From NCBI GenBank assembly GCA_049696955.1, contig JBAVUV010000801.1, forward strand, positions 1-51,337: a DNA stretch of 51,337 nt, in the 5' to 3' direction. A program made the translations under genes and the position numbers. Shown here piece by piece: positions 43,954-51,337 of this stretch. The stretch's first letter is position 1. Each line of letters opens with the position of its first letter. The DNA comes from Candidatus Sulfotelmatobacter sp. (GTDB lineage: Bacteria > Acidobacteriota > Terriglobia > Terriglobales > Acidobacteriaceae). Below the pieces are notes generated by a model. That model ran no database searches. It had not been told where the DNA came from and saw only the letters and a program-made list of their open reading frames with translations.

Positions 43954-45546
43954 ATGGATCAGCAGACTACGCAAGTATTGCTCATCGAAGACAACCCGGG
44001 CGACGCGGACCTGGTTCGCCTCCGCCTGGTCGAAGGGAAATCTCCGGTTACCGTGAATTGTGTGAACCGGCTGGCCGATGGCCTGATCGCCCTGACCAAG
44101 GAAACCCCATCCGTCGTGCTATTGGACCTGAACCTTCCGGACAGTCACGGGGCGGAAACTTTTCGCCGGGTCATGGAACACGCGCCCAACGTGCCCGTAG
44201 TCGTGCTCTCTGGGCAGGATGATGAGGCGCTGGCCATCAAGGCCGTTCATCAGGGAGTACAGGATTACTTGCTTAAGGGAAACATCACCAGCAAGCACCT
44301 GGAACGCGCCATTCGCTACGCGGTAGAACGGCAAGGCCTTTTGCGTGCCCTTGAAATCAGTCAAAAGCAGCAACTCGATTTCAAGAATCAGTTTCTCTCC
44401 CATGTATCGCACGAATTGCGGACTCCGCTTACCTGCATTCATCAATACGTCACTCTGCTTCTGGATGGTCTGGCTGGGCCCCTGGCACCGGACCAGTCAG
44501 ATCACCTGAAGACCGTTTTGAAAAGCGTGAATCAGTTGCATGCCATGGTTCGCGACCTGCTTGAGGCAACGCGTGCCGAGACCGGCAAGATGCGCGTCGA
44601 GCCCCGCTGCATTGCGCTGGGCGAGTTGATTCAGCAGACGGTTGCCATGATGCGGCCCGCAGCCGACGAAAAGAGGATTGGACTCGAAATCGCAGTGGAC
44701 CAGACGCTTCCACTGGTGCATGCCGATCCTGATCGGGTGCTCGAAGTGCTCATCAATCTGGTGGACAACGCGATCAAGTTCACGCCGCCTGATGGAGCCG
44801 TGATGGTTCAGGCGTGCCGAGTGGCCGCCGATCCGGGCTCGGTTTACATTTCCGTCAGCGATACTGGACGCGGCATCGGTCCTGAATCAAAGGCTTTGAT
44901 CTTCGAGCGGCTGTATCAGGACGGCGATTCAATTGACAACAATCGTTCCGGACTTGGGTTGGGACTGTTCATCTGCCGCGAAATCGTCCGGCTTCATCAA
45001 GGACGCATCTGGGTTTCAAGCGAACCAGGACAGGGCAGCACCTTCACTCTTACTCTACCGGCTTATTCGCTGGCCAAACTGCTGGCTCCGGTGATCACGC
45101 ATAATGATCGTTTGCGCACCGCCTTTGTGCTGCTGCGAGTCGATCTGACGCCGTTTTCCGCTGCGCTGCGCGGTAACTGGAAGCAAACCTGGCAACAATC
45201 GCTGGAGATACTGCAGCGGTGCATCTATCCCGACAAGGACCTGGTGTTGCCTCCGATGGGAACGTCGAGCGCAGCCGAGACTTTCTTCGTTGTGGTTTCA
45301 ACCGATATGCCGCAAGTGGGCATCATGACCGCGCGCATTCGTGAACAACTGGAGCGCATGCCGGACTTTAAAACCAAATGCAGCCTCAACATCGTGGCTG
45401 CTCCCATTGACCTTCCCCCGTCCGTCCCCAGCCAGTCGCTGGATCAACAGATTCAAACCGTTGCCGATCACGTAACTGCCATGGTCACCACTGGAATGCA
45501 AAGAAAGCACCCCGTTTCGCAGAAGCCGATACGAAATTCCAACTAA
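43954..45546 (+). CDS. Hybrid REC-HisKA-HATPase kinase with ~160-aa uncharacterised C-terminal domain
   Basis: REC (VLLIEDNPGDADL...VVLLDLNLPDSHG...DYLLKG), H-box SHELRTPLTCI, HATPase boxes (NLVDNAIKF, DTGRGI, GLGLGLFICRE), followed by an extra C-terminal region from ~45061. Confidence 0.85.
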   Translation: MDQQTTQVLLIEDNPGDADLVRLRLVEGKSPVTVNCVNRLADGLIALTKETPSVVLLDLNLPDSHGAETFRRVMEHAPNVPVVVLSGQDDEALAIKAVHQGVQDYLLKGNITSKHLERAIRYAVERQGLLRALEISQKQQLDFKNQFLSHVSHELRTPLTCIHQYVTLLLDGLAGPLAPDQSDHLKTVLKSVNQLHAMVRDLLEATRAETGKMRVEPRCIALGELIQQTVAMMRPAADEKRIGLEIAVDQTLPLVHADPDRVLEVLINLVDNAIKFTPPDGAVMVQACRVAADPGSVYISVSDTGRGIGPESKALIFERLYQDGDSIDNNRSGLGLGLFICREIVRLHQGRIWVSSEPGQGSTFTLTLPAYSLAKLLAPVITHNDRLRTAFVLLRVDLTPFSAALRGNWKQTWQQSLEILQRCIYPDKDLVLPPMGTSSAAETFFVVVSTDMPQVGIMTARIREQLERMPDFKTKCSLNIVAAPIDLPPSVPSQSLDQQIQTVADHVTAMVTTGMQRKHPVSQKPIRNSN

Positions 45547-45585
45547 CGAAGCGTTATCTAACGGATCACTATAAGGAGAAACAAA

Positions 45586-45987
45586 ATGCCGAAACCAAAG
45601 ATATTGGTAGTCGATGACGACCCCGACCTGGTGCGCGCCATGCGGCTACGCCTCCGAGCTAACAACTACGAAGTTACGACCGCCAGCGATGGCTACGGAG
45701 CAATCGCATCGGCACAGAAAGAGCGTCCAGCTCTGATTATTCTGGACTTAGGCCTTCCAGTCGGCGACGGGTTCGTGGTTTTGGATCGTTTGCAGAACAG
45801 CGATTCCCTTTCCGGCGTCCCGGTGATCGTGCTCAGTGCGCGCGATCCTCAGGCGAACGAGGAGCGCGCGCTGAAGGCAGGGGCATCGGCCTTCTTCCAG
45901 AAGCCCGCCGACAATGACGAATTGATGAACGCGATTCGGCTAAGCCTGACGCCCGCACAGGCGCAGACTCCACCCTGGCCGGCCTAA
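45586..45987 (+). CDS. Single-domain response regulator receiver
   Basis: ILVVDDDPDLVRAM...LIILDLGLPVGDG...VIVLSARD...FFQKP. aaggag lies 7 nt upstream of the ATG. Confidence 0.85.
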   Translation: MPKPKILVVDDDPDLVRAMRLRLRANNYEVTTASDGYGAIASAQKERPALIILDLGLPVGDGFVVLDRLQNSDSLSGVPVIVLSARDPQANEERALKAGASAFFQKPADNDELMNAIRLSLTPAQAQTPPWPA

Positions 45988-46019
45988 GTTCCTGCCAGAA
46001 TTGATTAGGCGCAGCATTG

Positions 46020-46051
46020 TCCCCGCACCTGAGCCCATCTCAGGGCGGGGA
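46020..46051 (+). terminator. Long hairpin after the relay operon (terminator candidate)
   Basis: A 13-bp stem with one bulged A and a 5-nt loop. 46020-46026 pairs with 46045-46051 and 46028-46033 with 46039-46044, in tccccgcAcctgag-cccat-ctcagggcgggga. Lies 32 nt after the REC stop. No U-tract. Confidence 0.45.
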
Positions 46052-46254
46052 TAACTGCGCCCGCATAGGTCGGCTGCTTTCAATCAATCTTCGGCGGACG
46101 CCTCAAGTATTACCTCTTAACTCCCTTTCCTCGCATTCAGATACACAATTCCACAGAAACATCCAAAAAGGCGTAACCGATGTTCGAAAATCCATCTATA
46201 ATTTCGAAAGTGCTTCAATAGCATGGAGTTAGCATTCCTGAAGTGGGAAGCGGC

Positions 46255-49164
46255 ATGGCAGCGAAGTTGCTCATTCATGATCGGCGGGACGTGACTTCCA
46301 CGCCCATCCAGCCCATTACGGGTTCGGGATCGCCGCCGAAACCCATGAACCGGGAAAGCCAAGTCCGTTTTGTTGCCGTTCTGCTGTTTCTGCTGACAGT
46401 TGCCGCAGTCCTATTCGCCGGCTTCAATTTTGATGCTGAATTGAAATCTGCCGTTCCCGATGACGGCGTGTGGTGGATCGAACACAACGGCCAACTCACC
46501 GCTGACCGGGTGGATCCTAATGGCCCGGGTGCGAGAAGCGGGATAAAGCCGGGCGACCAGCTGGTTTCCATCAACGGCGAGGAAGTCAGGAACATTTCCG
46601 GACTGGAGCGCCAGCTCTACCGTAACGGAGTCTGGTCCAAAGCAGCGTACTCTCTGATACGGCAGACGGTTCCTTTGGATTCCAGCGTGATTCTGGTTCC
46701 GGCAGAACGGTCGCTGAACAACTGGCTCCGGCTAATTGCGCTGATCTATCTTGGCATTGGCCTCTACGTTTTGCTCCGTCGCTGGACCGCTCCGGGCTCC
46801 ACGCACTTCTATATCTTCTGCCTGGTCTCGTTCATCGCCTACTCATTCAAATACACCGGCAAGCTCAATGATTTTGACTGGACGATCTATTGGGGCAACA
46901 TCGCGGCAGGAGTGTTGCAGCCGGCGCTGTTTCTTCATTTCGTTCTAACTTTCCCGGAGAAACGCGAGTTTGTGCGCAAGTATCCCTGGCTGCTTGCGTT
47001 GGTCTATGTGCCGGGTGCCATCCTGCTGGCGGTTCATGTGAGCGCGATGCAGTGGCTGCAGGCCAGCGAGCGTCTGCGCTGGAACCTCGACCGGATGGAA
47101 ATGTCTTACGGGTCGTTGTTCTTTTTGGCCGCCGCTACCGTGCTGTGGTACAGCTACCAGCGCGCCAGCACCACGATTTTGCGGCAGCAATTGAAGTGGG
47201 TGACTCGCGGCACGATTCTCGCCATCATTCCCTATACCCTGTTCTACGTTGTCCCCTATCTGATGGGCACACTGCCGGGCGCGACGATGAAGATTTCCGC
47301 GTTGTCGCTGGCTCTGTTGCCGCTCACGTTTGGTTATGCCATCTTCCGTTACCGGTTGATGGATGTAGACCTCATCTTCAAGCGCGGAGTGGTTTACACG
47401 CTGGCAGCGGCGATTGTTGTGGGGATGTACTTTGGACTAGTGGCAGGCGTGGCCGAACTTGTCCACATGCGGCAGCCGAGCAGCGGTCCGATTGGGCTGA
47501 TCCTCGCGGTCGTGGTCACGGCGCTGTTGTTCGATCCGGTGCGGAAGTGGATCCAGGACCGCATCGACCAGTTTTTTTATCGCACGCGTTACGACTATCG
47601 CCGGACGCTTTTGGAATTCGGGCGCGAACTTAGTTCGGAGACCAACCTTGACGCGATGCTTTCATCGCTCATGGATCGGCTATCGCGCACGCTCGCCGTG
47701 GATCGCATGGCTATTTTCCTGGCCGGGGAACAGTCAGAACAGTTTGTGCTCGCCAAATCCTTCGGCCTGTCTTCCTCCGGCAATCTCGATTTGTCATTCT
47801 TGGTGGCTCCGCGGCCGGAGCTCGCGGGTCATCTCTTCTTCGAGAATACTCATCAGGTCCCGCGCGAAGCTCCGGGTTCTCAGCAGACCATCGCGCGTTT
47901 GGATCTGAATTACTACATCCCATGTCACGCGCAGCAGAAGACCATCGCCGTGCTCGGCTTGGGCAAGACCGCTCAAGGAGATTTCCTTTCCAGCGAAGAT
48001 ATGGAATTGCTGGAAACTCTGGGCGGCTACCTGGGCATTGCCATTCAGAACGGTCAGCTCTACGCATCCTTGCAGCAGAAGGCTGCGGAGTATGAGCGGC
48101 TGAAGGATTTTAACGAGAACATCGTCGAATCCATTAATGTGGGCGTAATGGCGCTCGATATGGAAGACCGCATCGAGAGCTGGAATGCGCAAATGGAAGT
48201 AATGTACGCGGTGCCGCGCTGGCAGACTTTGACGCAGCCGTTGAAGGCCGTGTTTCCCGAGGAGTTCGTGGAAGAGTTCGATCGTACGCGGCTGAATCCC
48301 GGCATTCACAACCTGTATAAGTTCCGCCTCAAGACGCCTGCTGGCGAAGTGCGCACTGTAAATGTAGCCATTGCGCCGCTGGTGACGCGCACGTTTCTGG
48401 TAATCGGGCGGCTGATCATTATGGATGACATCACCGAGCGCGTCGAACTCGAAGCGCAGCTTTCGCAGGCCGATAAACTTTCGTCCATTGGGTTGCTCGC
48501 GGCCGGGGTAGCTCATGAAGTGAATACGCCCTTGGCCGTTATCTCGTCCTACACGCAAATGCTTTCCAAACAATTGCAGGGCGATCCGCAAAAGTCTGGA
48601 TTGCTGGAGAAAATCACGCGGCAAACTTTCCGCGCATCCGAGATCGTAAACAACCTACTGAATTTTTCCCGCACCAGCGGCAGCGAGATTGGCGATGTAG
48701 ACGTGAACAAAGTCATCGCCGACACGCTGGCCCTGCTGGAACACCAATTCAAGGTGGCGAAGGTGGAAGTCGAGAATGTTCTCTCGCCCAAGTTGCCTTC
48801 GATTCAGGGAAATCCGGGAAGACTGCAACAGGTATTTCTGAATCTGTTCCTCAACGCCAAGGATGCCATGCCCGGAGGCGGCAAGTTACGCGTTGCTACG
48901 ATGAACGGAGAGAGCGTGAGCGTGTGTGTTTCCGATACCGGGTCTGGAATCGCGCCGGAGCACATCCAGCGCATTTACGATCCGTTCTTCACTACGAAGA
49001 CTTCGCCCCGTGAAGGTCAGGCGCGCGGGACCGGCCTGGGACTTTCCGTGACCTATGGCATCATTCAGGAACACGCGGGCAAAATTCGCGTGGAAAGCCA
49101 TCCCGGCGCGGGAACCACCTTCATCTTGGATTTCCCCTTGAGCAGGAAGGCTGTCCATGTCTAA
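46255..49164 (+). CDS. Sensor histidine kinase: TM - extracytoplasmic PDZ - multi-TM block - GAF - PAS - HisKA - HATPase
   Basis: PDZ-like GPGARSGIKPGDQLVSINGEEVRNISGLERQL between TM1 and a block of at least 6 TM helices. GAF (LAVDRMAIFLAGEQSEQFVLAKSFG...), PAS (NIVESINVGVMALDMEDRIESWN), H-box AHEVNTPLAVISSY, HATPase boxes (NLFLNAKDA, DTGSGI, GTGLGLSVTYG). The start could be ATG 46255, GTG 46243 or ATG 46345. Confidence 0.85.
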   Translation: MAAKLLIHDRRDVTSTPIQPITGSGSPPKPMNRESQVRFVAVLLFLLTVAAVLFAGFNFDAELKSAVPDDGVWWIEHNGQLTADRVDPNGPGARSGIKPGDQLVSINGEEVRNISGLERQLYRNGVWSKAAYSLIRQTVPLDSSVILVPAERSLNNWLRLIALIYLGIGLYVLLRRWTAPGSTHFYIFCLVSFIAYSFKYTGKLNDFDWTIYWGNIAAGVLQPALFLHFVLTFPEKREFVRKYPWLLALVYVPGAILLAVHVSAMQWLQASERLRWNLDRMEMSYGSLFFLAAATVLWYSYQRASTTILRQQLKWVTRGTILAIIPYTLFYVVPYLMGTLPGATMKISALSLALLPLTFGYAIFRYRLMDVDLIFKRGVVYTLAAAIVVGMYFGLVAGVAELVHMRQPSSGPIGLILAVVVTALLFDPVRKWIQDRIDQFFYRTRYDYRRTLLEFGRELSSETNLDAMLSSLMDRLSRTLAVDRMAIFLAGEQSEQFVLAKSFGLSSSGNLDLSFLVAPRPELAGHLFFENTHQVPREAPGSQQTIARLDLNYYIPCHAQQKTIAVLGLGKTAQGDFLSSEDMELLETLGGYLGIAIQNGQLYASLQQKAAEYERLKDFNENIVESINVGVMALDMEDRIESWNAQMEVMYAVPRWQTLTQPLKAVFPEEFVEEFDRTRLNPGIHNLYKFRLKTPAGEVRTVNVAIAPLVTRTFLVIGRLIIMDDITERVELEAQLSQADKLSSIGLLAAGVAHEVNTPLAVISSYTQMLSKQLQGDPQKSGLLEKITRQTFRASEIVNNLLNFSRTSGSEIGDVDVNKVIADTLALLEHQFKVAKVEVENVLSPKLPSIQGNPGRLQQVFLNLFLNAKDAMPGGGKLRVATMNGESVSVCVSDTGSGIAPEHIQRIYDPFFTTKTSPREGQARGTGLGLSVTYGIIQEHAGKIRVESHPGAGTTFILDFPLSRKAVHV

Positions 49165-49210
49165 GCAGAGCATGTCTGAACAGAGCATGTCTGAACAGAG
49201 CATGTCTAAG
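49156..49210 (+). repeat. 15-bp tandem direct repeat, 3.7 copies (catgtctRaRcagag)
   Basis: Copies at 49156-49170 (catgtctaagcagag), 49171-49185 and 49186-49200 (both catgtctgaacagag), and a partial copy at 49201-49210. The first copy contains the kinase stop codon. A further atgtctgaa at 49254 is the start of the downstream regulator gene. Confidence 0.85.
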
Positions 49211-49253
49211 GTAAAACCGAACACGACTTACCAAGGTAGGTCCGAGGCCGAAT

Positions 49254-50687
<1,434 letters not shown>

Positions 50688-50796
50688 CTCACGTCCCATT
50701 GCTGCCTTTCAACGTGACTGCTCCTCTGAAACCTGATCGCGTTCTCTGCTATAGTTCGAAAAAGCGCGGCTCGGTTCGCCTCGCTCGCAGAAGCGC

Positions 50797-51337
50797 ATGG
50801 AACTGATCTCGCTCAGCGATCTCGCCAAAGAAAAAGTCCAGACTGTTCAGGATTACGTTCTGTTTTGTTTGCAAGGGGTGGCGAACATCTTTCGCAAACC
50901 GCTGTACCTGATGGATATGGTGCAGCAGGCGGATACCATCGGCGTGGGATCTCTGCCCATTGTCGTGCTTACAGGCTTCTTCACCGGAGCAGTGCTGGCG
51001 CTGCAGGCCTCAAACACGCTGGAGCGTTTCGGCTCGATCACGCTGGTGGGACAACTGGTCTCAACTTCCATGGTACGAGAACTGGGCCCCGTACTCACCA
51101 GCCTGATGGTGGCGGGAAGAAATTCCTCTGGCATGGCCAGTGAATTAGGATCGATGGTAGTCACCGAGCAGATCGATGCCATGCGGGCCTTGGGCACCGA
51201 TCCCATGAAAAAGCTGGTTACGCCGCGCGTGGTTTCCACGGTGTTCATGCTGTTCTTCCTGACTATCATTTCGGATCTAGTGGGATTGGTCGGCGGTCTG
51301 GCAATCGCGAAACTTCTGTTGAAACTCGATGCCCGGC
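50797..51337 (+). CDS. mlaE: MlaE/YrbE-family ABC transporter permease, N-terminal part (runs off window end)
   Basis: Absent from the ORF track because it has no stop in the window. My translation from ATG 50797 reads MELISLSDLAKEKVQTVQDYVLFCLQGVANIFRKPLYLMDMVQQADTIGVGSLPIVVLTGFFTGAVLALQ...VRELGPVLTSLMVAGRNSSGMASELGSMVVTEQIDAMRALGTDPMKKLVTPRV, typical of MlaE permeases. Confidence 0.8.
   Translation, partial: MELISLSDLAKEKVQTVQDYVLFCLQGVANIFRKPLYLMDMVQQADTIGVGSLPIVVLTGFFTGAVLALQASNTLERFGSITLVGQLVSTSMVRELGPVLTSLMVAGRNSSGMASELGSMVVTEQIDAMRALGTDPMKKLVTPRVVSTVFMLFFLTIISDLVGLVGGLAIAKLLLKLDAR

Noticed and set aside
49156-49210. Tandem repeat considered as a mini CRISPR array.
   Set aside because: The units are 15 bp and directly abutting with no spacers, and there are no cas genes. 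It is a simple tandem duplication.

Overview
GC-rich bacterial chromosomal segment. The protein families present (giant SBBP beta-propeller surface protein, several sigma-54 enhancer-binding proteins, a TPR lipoprotein, a standalone TonB-C protein) suggest an Acidobacteriota-like soil bacterium; this is inference only. I support about 45 protein genes and saw no rRNA, tRNA, CRISPR array or transposase.

Gene order, left to right:
- Housekeeping: thiC (partial), M13 peptidase, ppa, SDR epimerase.
- Cytochrome c maturation System I block ccmE-ccmABCD, whose CcmE carries Cys in place of the heme-binding His.
- PilZ gene, a 594-bp non-coding gap, and a 1189-aa SBBP/DUF11 surface protein.
- Sigma-54 signalling neighbourhood: HK plus NtrC-type RR, a PilZ gene behind a good -24/-12 promoter, an enhancer-binding protein with no sensory domain, and a TPR lipoprotein.
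- A DUF4160(frameshifted)/DUF2442 pair.
- A GAF/PAS mega-kinase-REC-NtrC operon.
- A complete chemosensory operon (TonB_C, MCP, cheW, cheR, cheA, cheB, cheY, cheX) behind a second good sigma-54 promoter.
- DUF72, a heptaheme cytochrome c, higBA, a CAP-domain protein and rmuC.
- A translationally coupled six-gene HK/REC relay headed by a kinase whose membrane domain looks like the plant/cyanobacterial ethylene-binding domain.
- A PDZ-multiTM-GAF-PAS kinase plus NtrC-type RR, separated by a 15-bp tandem repeat.
- mlaE (partial).

Most notable observations:
- The ETR1-like kinase and its relay operon.
- The CxxxY CcmE variant.
- The PilZ / sigma-54 module.
- The mega-kinase, whose N-terminal GAF sequence lies upstream of any canonical start codon.
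- Two frameshifted genes.
- The start-codon-containing tandem repeat between a kinase and its regulator.

All calls rest on reading the supplied translations and sequence by eye. No database search was run.
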